A stretch of 64,000 nt of DNA from PVC group bacterium (lineage in GTDB: Bacteria > Omnitrophota > Gorgyraeia > B26-G9): positions 292,593 through 356,592 of the forward strand of contig JAAEQR010000142.1 in assembly GCA_024231215.1 (NCBI GenBank), given 5' to 3'. Of this stretch, positions 1 through 10,113 are shown piece by piece (positions within the stretch are counted from its first letter, which is position 1; each line of letters starts with the position of its first letter). The position numbers were made by a program, and so were the translations under genes. The notes beneath the pieces are model-generated. The model searched no databases. It was not told the origin of the DNA and saw only the letters and a list, made by a program, of their open reading frames with translations.

Positions 1-173
1 TTAGCCATGGTTGACTTACCACAACCAGACTCTCCCACCAAACCTAACGTTTTACCTGCTTCTACAGATAAAGATACTCCGTCCACCGCCCGAATATACT
101 TTCGACCAGACGAAAAAACACCTTGCTGCATCTGGTAATCCTTGACAATATTATCTACTTTGAGTAAAGCCAA
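1..173 (-). CDS. oppF: Oligopeptide/dipeptide ABC transporter ATP-binding subunit (OppF-like), 3' end outside window
   Basis: Manual translation from TTG at 173: [13 protein letters not shown]...[30 protein letters not shown] (Walker A); overlaps the end of the upstream ATPase gene. Confidence 0.85.
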   Translation of the reverse strand, partial: MALLKVDNIVKDYQMQQGVFSSGRKYIRAVDGVSLSVEAGKTLGLVGESGCGKSTMA

Positions 174-1129
174 CAACGAACCTCCTGCCCAGATTCCATT
201 TTAAATATCGAAGGCATTTCCTTTTTACACTTCTCAAATACTTGGGAACATCTCGGATGAAAACGACACCCTTGAGGAAAATTATCTGCTTTCGGAACCT
301 CTCCGGCTATAGCATTTAATTTTCTATTCTGTCCTGACTGTCTTTCCGGCAAACAATCAAATAATCCTTTAGTATATGGATGCTGCGGCTGCTTAATCAG
401 TTTTTTTGCATCTGTAAACTCAACAATCTGCCCAGCATACATTACTGCAATATAATCTGCCAATTCCCCAATCACATTCAAATCATGACTGATAAAAAGT
501 ATGGACAGATTATATTCTGTTTTTAGCTCATTCAAAAGATCCAGTATTTGCGCCTGAATAGTAACATCCAACGCAGTTGTCGGCTCATCTGCCACAATTA
601 GTTTCGGCTTAGAAACCATCGCCATCGCAATCATCACCCGTTGTTTTTCTCCGCCGGAAAGCTGGTGCGGAAAAAAATTAATTTTTTCTTCCGCCAGCTT
701 AATCCCTACTTTCTGTAGCTGCTGAATAATAAATTCCTCTTCTTTGCTGTTCTCAATATCCTTTCGATGCAACCACACTATTTCAGATATTTGCTCTTTG
801 ATACTAAGTACCGGATTAAGCGAAGTTGACGGCTCTTGAAAAATATAAGCAATATCACGCCCTCGCAAATCCCTCAAGTCTTCCTCCCTCATATCCACTA
901 GATTACTGCCATTAAAGATTATCTCTCCTGAGACAATCTCACAATCACGCGTTGGCAAAAGCCTGGTAATAGAAAGTGCAGTCATTGTTTTCCCACAACC
1001 AGATTCTCCGACTAGACCAAGAACAGAATTTTTTTTAATAAAAATTGACACATCGTCCACCGCCGGAATTACCTTGTCTTCATATTGGAAATATGTCTTT
1101 AAATTTTTTATCTCCAGCAATTTATCCAT
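155..1129 (-). CDS. oppD: Oligopeptide ABC transporter ATP-binding subunit
   Basis: [28 protein letters not shown] and C-terminal CRFHPRC motifs. Confidence 0.92.
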   Translation of the reverse strand: MDKLLEIKNLKTYFQYEDKVIPAVDDVSIFIKKNSVLGLVGESGCGKTMTALSITRLLPTRDCEIVSGEIIFNGSNLVDMREEDLRDLRGRDIAYIFQEPSTSLNPVLSIKEQISEIVWLHRKDIENSKEEEFIIQQLQKVGIKLAEEKINFFPHQLSGGEKQRVMIAMAMVSKPKLIVADEPTTALDVTIQAQILDLLNELKTEYNLSILFISHDLNVIGELADYIAVMYAGQIVEFTDAKKLIKQPQHPYTKGLFDCLPERQSGQNRKLNAIAGEVPKADNFPQGCRFHPRCSQVFEKCKKEMPSIFKMESGQEVRCWLYSK

Positions 1130-1134
1130 TTTCT

Positions 1135-1947
1135 CTACTTCCTCGCCATCAATGTATCCCGAAGCCCCTCTCCCAGAAGGTTATAGCCTAATACTGTAAT
1201 AAATATAGCTACCCCGGGAAATACCGTCATCCACCAGGCTATCCCTAAAGTAAATTTTGCATCCATAAGGATATTACCCCAGCTGGCTGTCGGCGGCTGT
1301 ACTCCTAGTCCTAAAAAACTCAACCCCGACTCCAGTAAAATCGCAGCCGCCACACCTAGAGTTGCATTAACAATAATCGGACCTATGGCATTCGGAATAA
1401 GATGCCGCATGATTATTACCACATCTGATACCCCACAAGCCTTAGCCGCTAAAACAAAATCTCTTTGCTTTAAACTTAAAATTTCCGCACGTAAAAGCCG
1501 GGCAATACCCATCCAGCTTGTAACTCCGATTACAACCATAATAATATAAATACTCGGCTCAAACAAAGCAACTAAGGCCAGAATAAGAAACAGTTTTGGA
1601 AAGCACAGCATAATATCTACAAAACGCATAATCACCGCATCTGTTATTCCGCCATAATACCCGGCAATAGCCCCGAAAAACATCCCAATAATCACAGCTA
1701 GTCCTACTGAGATAAAGCCAACACTCAAAGAAATTCGTGCCCCATAAACCATACGGCTAAATAAATCTCTTCCTAGCTGATCTGTACCCAGCAGATGATC
1801 GGCTGAAGGAGGCAAAAGATATTGACCGATATCAATATCATCCGGACTATAGCGGCAGAAAAAAGGCGCAAGTATAGCCAGAATAACCATGGCTATAATA
1901 ATCACTGATCCGGAGACCGCAAGTTTATGTTTTAAAATTTTCTTCAT
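1135..1947 (-). CDS. oppC: Oligopeptide ABC transporter permease
   Basis: [11 protein letters not shown] motif, EAA-like loop, [10 protein letters not shown]. Confidence 0.92.
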   Translation of the reverse strand: MKKILKHKLAVSGSVIIIAMVILAILAPFFCRYSPDDIDIGQYLLPPSADHLLGTDQLGRDLFSRMVYGARISLSVGFISVGLAVIIGMFFGAIAGYYGGITDAVIMRFVDIMLCFPKLFLILALVALFEPSIYIIMVVIGVTSWMGIARLLRAEILSLKQRDFVLAAKACGVSDVVIIMRHLIPNAIGPIIVNATLGVAAAILLESGLSFLGLGVQPPTASWGNILMDAKFTLGIAWWMTVFPGVAIFITVLGYNLLGEGLRDTLMARK

Positions 1948-2933
1948 GACTCCTGCTTTTCATCTGAATACCGAATACGCGGATCAGCCGCGCAATAAGC
2001 TAAATCAGCCAATAAATTTCCCAATAAAGTTAAAAAAGCACCGATAACCAATACACCCATAATCACCGGATAATCACGAGACATTACCCCGTCATAAAAT
2101 AATTTACCCATCCCGGGAATCGCAAAAATCGATTCAAAAATCACACTACCTCCAATAAGCCCGGGAACAGATAATCCTAAAATAGTAATCACCGGTAACA
2201 ATGCATTTTTTAAGGCGTGTCGAAAATAAATACGGTTCTGATTCAACCCCTTTGCCTTTGCTGTACGAATATAGTCCTGACGTAAAACATGCAGCATATT
2301 GGTACGCATATAGCGTGATAATCCGGCAAGCCCGGTAAACGCGGAAATACAAACCGGCAAACATAAATGACGCGCATAATCAGCCAGTTTACCCCAGAAT
2401 GTATAATATTCAAACTGCAAAGACCTCATTCCGGAAACAGGCAGCCAATGCAAAGTTACCCCAAAAAATTTCATTAATAATAATGCCAGCCAAAAAGTAG
2501 GCATAGCAAATCCAACAAAAACAAATACTGTCATCGCACGATCATAAAAACTTCCCTCTTTTACCGCACTAAAAACTCCGATAGGTACAGCCATAAGAAA
2601 AATAAGCCCTAGCGAAAGGATGTTGATCGTAACCGTAATCGGAATTCTCTCCATAATTTTCTCTGTTACCGGCCGTTCATCGATAAAAGAGCGGCCGAAA
2701 TCAAACCTTGCCATACGTTTGAGCCACTCCCCGTATTGCACAAGCACCGGCTTATCCAGACCGTAAAGTTTTTCTAAACGTTCTCTGACTTCAAGACTTA
2801 CTTTTTGATTAAATTGGAATTGAACATCTGTAGGTTTACCCGGAGAAAGGTGGATGACAAGAAATGAAATCAGACTTATACCGATTAAAAGTGGTATAAG
2901 CATTATCAATCGTCTTGTAATATAGGTAAGCAT
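1944..2933 (-). CDS. oppB: Oligopeptide ABC transporter permease
   Basis: [30 protein letters not shown] motifs. Confidence 0.92.
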   Translation of the reverse strand: MLTYITRRLIMLIPLLIGISLISFLVIHLSPGKPTDVQFQFNQKVSLEVRERLEKLYGLDKPVLVQYGEWLKRMARFDFGRSFIDERPVTEKIMERIPITVTINILSLGLIFLMAVPIGVFSAVKEGSFYDRAMTVFVFVGFAMPTFWLALLLMKFFGVTLHWLPVSGMRSLQFEYYTFWGKLADYARHLCLPVCISAFTGLAGLSRYMRTNMLHVLRQDYIRTAKAKGLNQNRIYFRHALKNALLPVITILGLSVPGLIGGSVIFESIFAIPGMGKLFYDGVMSRDYPVIMGVLVIGAFLTLLGNLLADLAYCAADPRIRYSDEKQES

Positions 2934-2942
2934 TTAACAAAT

Positions 2943-3914
2943 TTAGTTGTTGTCCTTTTTGCCCTGGCGAAATAAATCCAAGAATCTATCTTCGTAATCT
3001 TTGTAGATATTCCACTTATCAAGTTCTTTCTTTAAATCTTCAGCTTTGGAAAGATCCCCTTCTGCAACCTGGAACAACTTTTCTATTTTATTTTTTGCTG
3101 ATTCCGGCAAATGGGTAATCGCTGCAAGCGTCTTTTTAATATCTTCTACTTCTTCCTCACTAATCGGACCGGGAACAACTCCGGACTTAAAATAATCTAT
3201 CAATTTTTCTATCTCTTCTTCAACTATTTTTATCCGTTCATTTAAAGGCTTAAGATCAAGTTTTAACCCCATCATCCTGGAAAAAACCGATAAGCAGGCT
3301 TTTGTAGCCCGAGGATTTTCGATTTGAATAGCATAAAGCGGAATTTCAGCTAAAAAACAAGCACCTTGCATATCACGTTCCTTAGCCACACTCAAAAGCA
3401 GTCCATTTAACCCACTAATCTGTCCGACATGAAGCTTTTTTATATCTAATTTTGACAAATACTTTATCATCTCTTTACTTGTTGCAGTCATCCAGACTTT
3501 CGACTCCTGGGTATGATCAATCGGCATAGGCATTGAAGCAAATGTGAATATCTTATTCACTTTAAATGTAGCAGCCACATCTAAAACAAGTTGTGCGTAA
3601 TTATAACTTTTTTCCAAAGAAGGCTGAGCTTCACAAAGAAAAATAATCAAATCATTCTTCCCTGCTGTATTTTTCCAGTAATAGAACCTGCCGGTTGGCA
3701 ACCGAGGCTTCTCCACCTGACTGTTTACAATCCAAGCCTCATGCGGATGGAAAAATCCCTCCGGGCTCAAACGCGCAAACTCCTTAGGCTTAAGCTTTTC
3801 ACAAAGATATTCCACGGCTTTAGAAGCTACGTTTCCCATACCCGGCCAAGCGGCAATAAGATACGGCTTTTTTAATTTCGGACGGGAAATATATGATATA
3901 TGTTTGTTCTTCAT
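2943..3914 (-). CDS. PAC2 (proteasome assembly chaperone-like) family protein
   Basis: IAAWPGMGNVA, EAQP, GQISGLNGLL, ENPRA motifs typical of PAC2 family; helical C-terminal extension. Confidence 0.8.
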   Translation of the reverse strand: MKNKHISYISRPKLKKPYLIAAWPGMGNVASKAVEYLCEKLKPKEFARLSPEGFFHPHEAWIVNSQVEKPRLPTGRFYYWKNTAGKNDLIIFLCEAQPSLEKSYNYAQLVLDVAATFKVNKIFTFASMPMPIDHTQESKVWMTATSKEMIKYLSKLDIKKLHVGQISGLNGLLLSVAKERDMQGACFLAEIPLYAIQIENPRATKACLSVFSRMMGLKLDLKPLNERIKIVEEEIEKLIDYFKSGVVPGPISEEEVEDIKKTLAAITHLPESAKNKIEKLFQVAEGDLSKAEDLKKELDKWNIYKDYEDRFLDLFRQGKKDNN

Positions 3915-3942
3915 AGTTATATAAAATACTACAAACCAACTC

Positions 3943-4158
3943 CTTCGTCAATTTTTATTTAAAAATAGACTCAGTCGTTCCGCTAGGGGGACTCGTCCCC
4001 CTTCGGCGCTCGTTTCTCTCGCTGAGCACCCCAAAAAACATGGGGGACTATCTCCCCCATTCCCCCTTAGACATTTGTCAATTTATAATATAGACAAATG
4101 TCTAGCTCTTCATCAATTTTTATTTGAAAATAGACTCAGTCGTTCCGCTAGGGGGACT
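3943..4158. repeat. 51-bp direct repeat (3943-3993 and 4108-4158, 2 mismatches) enclosing GGGGGAC..CCCCC hairpins and a 12-bp inverted repeat (4068-4104)
   Basis: cttcRtcaatttttatttRaaaatagactcagtcgttccgctagggggact seen twice, 165 bp apart; tagacatttgtc-N13-gacaaatgtcta between the copies. Confidence 0.85.
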
Positions 4159-4188
4159 ATCTCCCATTAATTTTTATTTTTATGGGGT

Positions 4189-4215
4189 TTGAAAAAAAAT
4201 TAATTGTGGTATAAT
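4189..4215 (+). promoter_or_regulatory. Putative sigma70 extended -10 promoter for the helicase
   Basis: TGgTATAAT at 4207-4215; TTGAAA at 4189 with a short 15-bp spacer. Confidence 0.5.
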
Positions 4216-4283
4216 ATTAAAAAATGATAATATTAACGATTGCAATTAGTGTCATAACCCGCTGAATTCATTGAAGTAAAAAC

Positions 4284-6428
4284 ATGGATACCCTGAAAGT
4301 TTTTAAGTCCCTGCCAGAAGAAATACAAGAAGTCCTGAAAGCAAGCGGCATTGATAATCTCTATCCGCCTCAGGCCGAAGCCGTAACCAACGGCTTACTT
4401 GAAGATAAAAACATAGTTCTCTCCATGCCTACAGCTGCAGGAAAAACTCTTCTGGCTGAACTAGTCATGCTAAAAACTCTTTTAGATAAAAAAGGTAACT
4501 GCCTATACATTGTTCCCTTAAGAGCTCTGGCTTCTGAAAAATTTGAGGATTTTAGAAAGAAATTTGCTTCTTTAGGAATAAAAGTAGGAATCGCTACCGG
4601 GGATTTTGATCGCGTAGATCCCTATCTAACCAAAAACGATATCCTGATCGCCACTGCAGAAAAAGTCGATTCTCTCTTGCGTCAAAAACCAGATTGGCTT
4701 TGTTCCCGCCTGGCTTGTGTGGTTATCGATGAAATCCATTATATCGGAGATCCTAAACGCGGACCAACCCTGGAAACCGTAATTACCAGGCTTCTAAATA
4801 TGAATCCTGATTTGAAACTTGTGGGGTTAAGTGCAACCATTGCCAATGCCAATGATATTTCCGGCTGGCTGAATGCTTCCCTGGTCTCCAGCATCTGGCG
4901 GCCGGTAAGCTTAAAAGAAGGTGTCTACTGCGAGGGAGAAATCACCTTTGCCGATGGCTCCAGAAAACAGATTGATTTCGAACATACCTCCGATGATGTC
5001 GCAGCTTTGGCTATTGATTGCATTAAAGATACAGGCCAAGTACTTGTCTTTGTTACTACCCGGAGATCAGCACAAGCTGAAGCACGCCGGATTTCCAAAG
5101 AAGTACAACATATCTTAACTACTAAAGAAAAAACAAAACTCAATGATCTGGCAAAAGAAATAGAAACATCAGCTGGAGAAACAACCAAAGTCAGTAAACA
5201 ACTCGGAGAATATCTGAAAAACGGTGTAGTCTTTCATCATGCGGGATTACATTACTCACACCGCAAAATTATCGAAGATTCATTCCGGCAAAATCTGATT
5301 AAGGTCATCTGTGCTACACCAACTTTAGCTGTAGGCGTAAATCTCCCTTCCCGACGTACAATAATTCGGGGACTTTACCGCTATGTATCAGGAGTAGGCA
5401 TGCGTCCGGTAAGGGTTATGGAATATAAACAAATGAGCGGAAGAGCCGGACGACCGGGATACGATAAATTCGGAGAGTCAGTCCTGTTTGCACGTAATAA
5501 ATCCGAACAACAGGACCTATTCAGTGATTTCATCTTTGCCGATTCTGAGCCGATACATTCACATTTGGGGAATGAAAGTGCTTTGCGCGTACACCTTTTA
5601 GCATCTATTGTCACCGGATTTATCACCAGTGAAGAAAGTGCTTTTGAATTTATAAAAAAAACATTCTTTTCTTATCAGGAAAAATACTATGATCTCTCTG
5701 ATATGATTCTAGAAATTCTTGAATTTCTAGAAAGCGAAGACATGATCCAGAAAAAAGCCAGCCAATTATTACCGACAGCTTTTGGCACCAGAATCAGTCG
5801 TTTATACATTGATCCGATAAGCGCGGTTATTTTAAGAGATTGCCTTAAAGATGCTCCTACGGCCCTACACCCGACAACGCTGCTCTATCTTATCTGTTCA
5901 ATTCCGGATATGTGTAAATTAGCTTTAAAAAAACAAGATATCGAAAAATTAGTGCCCTTTGCCGATAAACACGCAGACCTATTTGAACTCCCCCTGCCTC
6001 TGGATGACGATTACAGTTCTCAGCTGGCTAAAATCAAAACTGTCCTACTGCTCATGCAATGGATGGAAGAAGTCAAAGAAGATACCATCTGCACCTCATT
6101 TGGTATCGGGCCCGGCGATGTACATCGCTTTGTTGAAACAGCAGAATGGTTATTCTATGCAACCATAGAACTTTCAAAGCTATTTAAAACCCCAACCATT
6201 GAAAAATTGCATAATATACGCACCCAACTGCGCTACGGCATAAAATCAGAACTAATGGATCTGGTCAGATTAAAAGGAATTGGAAGAACACGTGCCCGCA
6301 ACTTATTCTCCGCAGGCTTTAAAAATATGCAAAAACTGCAAACAGCTCCTCTGCAAAAGCTACAGAAAGTACCAACTATCGGAAAAGAAATCGCCGCAAA
6401 CATCAAAAAACAGGCTGTTGCGCTTTAG
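4284..6428 (+). CDS. Ski2-like SF2 DNA helicase, Hel308/Hjm type
   Basis: Q motif LYPPQ, PTAAGKT, DEIH, LSATIAN, FHHAGL, ATPTLAVGVNLP, QMSGRAGRPGYD, winged-helix/ratchet region, C-terminal HhH (LKGIGRTRARNL). Confidence 0.9.
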   Translation: MDTLKVFKSLPEEIQEVLKASGIDNLYPPQAEAVTNGLLEDKNIVLSMPTAAGKTLLAELVMLKTLLDKKGNCLYIVPLRALASEKFEDFRKKFASLGIKVGIATGDFDRVDPYLTKNDILIATAEKVDSLLRQKPDWLCSRLACVVIDEIHYIGDPKRGPTLETVITRLLNMNPDLKLVGLSATIANANDISGWLNASLVSSIWRPVSLKEGVYCEGEITFADGSRKQIDFEHTSDDVAALAIDCIKDTGQVLVFVTTRRSAQAEARRISKEVQHILTTKEKTKLNDLAKEIETSAGETTKVSKQLGEYLKNGVVFHHAGLHYSHRKIIEDSFRQNLIKVICATPTLAVGVNLPSRRTIIRGLYRYVSGVGMRPVRVMEYKQMSGRAGRPGYDKFGESVLFARNKSEQQDLFSDFIFADSEPIHSHLGNESALRVHLLASIVTGFITSEESAFEFIKKTFFSYQEKYYDLSDMILEILEFLESEDMIQKKASQLLPTAFGTRISRLYIDPISAVILRDCLKDAPTALHPTTLLYLICSIPDMCKLALKKQDIEKLVPFADKHADLFELPLPLDDDYSSQLAKIKTVLLLMQWMEEVKEDTICTSFGIGPGDVHRFVETAEWLFYATIELSKLFKTPTIEKLHNIRTQLRYGIKSELMDLVRLKGIGRTRARNLFSAGFKNMQKLQTAPLQKLQKVPTIGKEIAANIKKQAVAL

Positions 6429-6455
6429 AATACATTATGTTATAGTGTTACTACC

Positions 6456-7295
6456 ATGGCAAAGAAAAAAGACAAAAATTCAGATTGGCTTGTAAAAGCA
6501 TATAACAACAGCGAATTCCTCAATAGTCCACCCGCGCGAATCATCAGGATTCTATCCGAAGTAATTGAGCCGGAAACCCGCTTTCGTAAACATAAAGTTA
6601 GAAACACAGTTGTGTTTTTCGGTTCTGCCCGGACTTTATCTAAATCAGATGCTTTAAAAAATCTTAAAAAAATACAAAAAGAAATAAAAACAAAAAAATC
6701 ACCTTCCCGATCTTTAAAACAAAAACTGGCACAGGCAGAACGGGATCTGAGCATGGCCCGTTATTATGAAGACGCCGCAATAATTTCAGAAAAACTAACC
6801 CGATGGTTTAAAAAAATAAAAAACGATAAAAAACAATTTATAATCTGCTCCGGCGGCGGCCCGGGAATAATGGAAGCTGCAAATCGGGGGGCTAAAAAAG
6901 CTAACGGTAAATCTGTAGGATTGAACATCAGCCTTCCAATGGAACAAAATCCTAACATATTTCAGGATAAAGAGTTAGCTTTTGAATTCCACTACTTCTT
7001 TATCCGTAAATTCTGGTTCTTTTACCTGGCAAAGTCTCTGGTGGTATTCCCCGGAGGATTCGGTACTATGGATGAATTTTTCGAACTGCTAACTCTCATC
7101 CAAACCGAAAAATCAAAAAAATATATGCCGGTAGTACTTTATGGCTCAGAATACTGGAATAAAGTTGTAAATTTCGACGAAATGGTTAAGTGGGGCATGA
7201 TTTCCAAGTCAGATTTAAAATTATTTAAAACCGTGGATGACCCGGAAAGCGCGTTCAAATACCTCAAAGCAAAGCTAACCAAACACTATCTATAA
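6456..7295 (+). CDS. LOG family nucleotide phosphoribohydrolase (TIGR00730-like)
   Basis: FGSAR, SGGGPGIMEAANRGA, FHYFFIRK, PGGFGTMDE. Confidence 0.9.
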   Translation: MAKKKDKNSDWLVKAYNNSEFLNSPPARIIRILSEVIEPETRFRKHKVRNTVVFFGSARTLSKSDALKNLKKIQKEIKTKKSPSRSLKQKLAQAERDLSMARYYEDAAIISEKLTRWFKKIKNDKKQFIICSGGGPGIMEAANRGAKKANGKSVGLNISLPMEQNPNIFQDKELAFEFHYFFIRKFWFFYLAKSLVVFPGGFGTMDEFFELLTLIQTEKSKKYMPVVLYGSEYWNKVVNFDEMVKWGMISKSDLKLFKTVDDPESAFKYLKAKLTKHYL

Positions 7296-7302
7296 TATCC
7301 CC

Positions 7303-7494
7303 TTACTTTTTGCTTTTAGCTATAACTGCCAGAATAATGAATCCAATAATAGCACCAGCTGGCAACCCCAGGATAGGACCGAATGTATTCCTAATCCCTA
7401 TTTTTGGAAATAAATACATACCGGCAATAGATAGCCCCACACCGAGTAGAACAGGAAAAATATGTGTCCACTTAGGTAAATCTTCCAGCTTCAT
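7303..7494 (-). CDS. Small two-TM membrane protein
   Basis: Two hydrophobic helices, basic C-terminus, AAGGGGGG RBS upstream. Confidence 0.6.
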   Translation of the reverse strand: MKLEDLPKWTHIFPVLLGVGLSIAGMYLFPKIGIRNTFGPILGLPAGAIIGFIILAVIAKSKK

Positions 7495-7604
7495 TCTATT
7501 CCCCCCTTACCTTCTTATTTTATTTATTTTCGGGACAATCTTCTCATCGTAATAATCTTCCCAGTATTTAAGAAAAACCTTAACACTTCCGGATATTAAT
7601 CTTT

Positions 7605-8669
7605 TTATCTTGTCTCTGCCAGCTCAAAATCCTGTAAAAAAGTATTTACAAACTTACCCAACTGTACAACAAATTTATTATTATCTTTAGTGAATTTATG
7701 ATCTTTTTCTTCTGTGCTCAGATTTAAAACCCCAAAAACCTTGTCTCCTCTTTTCAAAGGAACAATTAAAGAAGCTCTAAGTTTAGGCTGATGCAATCGG
7801 GAAGATAATCGATCCGAAACAGAATGATTATCAACAAACAAAACTTTATCTTTCTGGGCAGCCCAACCTGCAAGTCCTTGCCCTAAAATAAGTCTTGTGC
7901 TCTGAATAACATGATCCGGAATACCCGAGGAAATTCGAATGGATAGGGTATCCGTGCCTTCGTCACGCAGCATGATTGAAGCACGTTCTGCACCTAACTG
8001 CTTAGCTGTTGTATCAAAAAAAGCCTGCAATATTTTATTTGCATAAAAGGAAAATGTCTGTCCGTCTAAAGTTATCGGCTTAGACTGACTTGATCCAGCC
8101 ACATATTCTGTCTTTTGCGCCCCGGCTTGAACAAGATAATTTGCCACTTCCTGCATAAGAGAGATCGTAGACTGAATTGATTGAAAAGAAAATATCTTTA
8201 TCTGCTCTACAGCATCAATCACATTAGTAATATCAAGTATCAATTGTTGGGCCAAATTAAAATATTCAAAATATGTGCGCCGTCTTCCCAAAATCAACGG
8301 TCCAATCACAATATATGCACAGATATCTTTCGAGGATAACCGAATAGGAACAATAACCCGATGGGCAAAAAACGGACAGCAATCATAATAAACATTATTA
8401 GGGTTGTCTAAAAAGTTCTCTTTGGCAACTAGCAAAGGATCTTTAGAACATATTTCAGGAGAGAATAATAAGCATTGCTTACAAACATCTAAAGCGCAAG
8501 AAGAAGAGGAAATAACCTCAAAACAATATCGATGAGGCTGGCTTAAAGAGGTTAGCGGCGTACCCCGGGGATCCACCACCCGTATCGTCGCTCCAATAAC
8601 TCCAGCAAAATAATTTTGAATTACCTGCCATTTTTTAAGATCAATTAATTCCAGAAAAGTAGAATCCAT
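7605..8669 (-). CDS. PocR sensory domain + GAF domain protein, no output domain
   Basis: LIDLKKWQVIQNYF..C..C..YxC..VPI..IVIGP (PocR); ERASIML..GQGLAGWAA..SLIVPLK..GVLNL (GAF); TAATG coupling to the upstream gene. Confidence 0.75.
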   Translation of the reverse strand: MDSTFLELIDLKKWQVIQNYFAGVIGATIRVVDPRGTPLTSLSQPHRYCFEVISSSSCALDVCKQCLLFSPEICSKDPLLVAKENFLDNPNNVYYDCCPFFAHRVIVPIRLSSKDICAYIVIGPLILGRRRTYFEYFNLAQQLILDITNVIDAVEQIKIFSFQSIQSTISLMQEVANYLVQAGAQKTEYVAGSSQSKPITLDGQTFSFYANKILQAFFDTTAKQLGAERASIMLRDEGTDTLSIRISSGIPDHVIQSTRLILGQGLAGWAAQKDKVLFVDNHSVSDRLSSRLHQPKLRASLIVPLKRGDKVFGVLNLSTEEKDHKFTKDNNKFVVQLGKFVNTFLQDFELAETR

Positions 8670-10111
8670 TACACCGTAATATCTTCTGATACAAGATTGA
8701 TGTTACCTACCCTTCCATTTCCCCGTTTAATACCATAAAGTCTCATTTTATTATACAATGTTGTCCGATTAATATCTAAATAAGCGGCTGCTTTAGTACA
8801 ATTCCAGTTAGAATATGTCAGGGCATTCAGAACAATATCTTTTTCCGGCATCCTTAACGCAGTTTTTAAAGAAAAGCCATGTATATCCGCCGAAAGAACC
8901 TCTGTTTTCTGAACAGCTTTACGTATGGAATCCGGCAGATCCCTTAAATTTAAAACACTGCCTTTAACCAAGATACAAGCGCGTTCAATCGTATTTTCCA
9001 ATTCCCGGATATTTCCCGGCCAGGAATATTCCATCATAGCCTGTAAAGCATCTTCATTAACTCTCTCAATTACCCGGCCGTTCTTTGTCTGTTTTCTACC
9101 CGTATTATATTTATCTAAGAAGTGATTAATAAGTAACGGTATATCTTCTGCGCGCTCGCGCAAAGGCGGAATTTCTATCTTTATAACATTCAGCCGCCAG
9201 TATAAGTCTTCACGAAAACTCTTTTTCTTAACCAAATCCTCTAGATTTTGATTAGTCGCCGCAATAATCCTCACATCCGCGGTACGTGTTTTCATGTCCC
9301 CCACGCGTTCATAATTACCCTCTTCTAATATCCGTAATAATTTTACCTGCAAACTAGGTGAACAGGTATCAATTTCATCTAAAAGAAAAGTCCCGCCATT
9401 AGCTAATTCAAATCTTCCGGCTCTATCCTTTATCGCTCCGGTAAAAGAGCCTTTGACATGTCCAAAAAGTTCGCTCTCAAGCAGAGTCTCAGGTAAAGCC
9501 CCACAACTAACTTCAATAAACGACTTCTCACAGCGATAATTATCAGCCTGACGAATTGCCTGGGCAATCATCCTCTTGCCTGTCCCGCTCTCTCCTGAAA
9601 TAAGTACTGTAGTCGGAGAATCGGAAATTGCCTCGATCATCGAATAGATCTTCTGCATACTTTCATTGCCGCCGATAATGTTATGGAATTTTTTTCTTCC
9701 TGCTGTAATCAGCGATTCCGCCTGTTCTGAACAGACTTCCGCGGTTTCCTGATGCTTAATAATTTTCTCTACCAAAGATTTAAGCTGATTATCTTCAATC
9801 GGCTTGGTCATGTAATCAAAAGCACCCATACGCATTGCTTTTACTGCTGTTTCAATATTGCCGTAAGCACTCATAAGCACTACATATGTTTGGGGATAAT
9901 TTTCTTTTATGGTTTTTAATAGCTCCTCACCTTCACAAGTAGAGCTGTCAATATCTGCAAAGATAATGTCTACGGAATACTTATCCATGAGTTGAAGTAT
10001 CTGCGCTCCATTTTCAGCCGTGGTAACATTATACCCCTTGTATCTTAAAATTTCTTGAAGAGATCTCCTCGTTAATGGTTCTTGATCAGCAACTAATATG
10101 TGTGTCCTCAT
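8669..10111 (-). CDS. Sigma54-dependent enhancer-binding response regulator (NtrC/PrsR-like)
   Basis: Receiver + AAA+ (GESGTGK, ELFGHVKGSFTGA, LDEI, WPGNIRELEN) + Fis HTH; start moved to the ATG at 10111 after an AGGAGG RBS. Confidence 0.9.
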   Translation of the reverse strand: MRTHILVADQEPLTRRSLQEILRYKGYNVTTAENGAQILQLMDKYSVDIIFADIDSSTCEGEELLKTIKENYPQTYVVLMSAYGNIETAVKAMRMGAFDYMTKPIEDNQLKSLVEKIIKHQETAEVCSEQAESLITAGRKKFHNIIGGNESMQKIYSMIEAISDSPTTVLISGESGTGKRMIAQAIRQADNYRCEKSFIEVSCGALPETLLESELFGHVKGSFTGAIKDRAGRFELANGGTFLLDEIDTCSPSLQVKLLRILEEGNYERVGDMKTRTADVRIIAATNQNLEDLVKKKSFREDLYWRLNVIKIEIPPLRERAEDIPLLINHFLDKYNTGRKQTKNGRVIERVNEDALQAMMEYSWPGNIRELENTIERACILVKGSVLNLRDLPDSIRKAVQKTEVLSADIHGFSLKTALRMPEKDIVLNALTYSNWNCTKAAAYLDINRTTLYNKMRLYGIKRGNGRVGNINLVSEDITV

Positions 10112-10113
10112 CT

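Noticed and set aside
3943-4158. CRISPR array
   Set aside because: Only two 51-bp repeats with a 114-bp gap, and no cas genes
6440-6754. Antisense 104-aa ORF and the many other short opposite-strand or nested ORFs in the track
   Set aside because: They are shadows of well-supported genes and have no recognisable motifs
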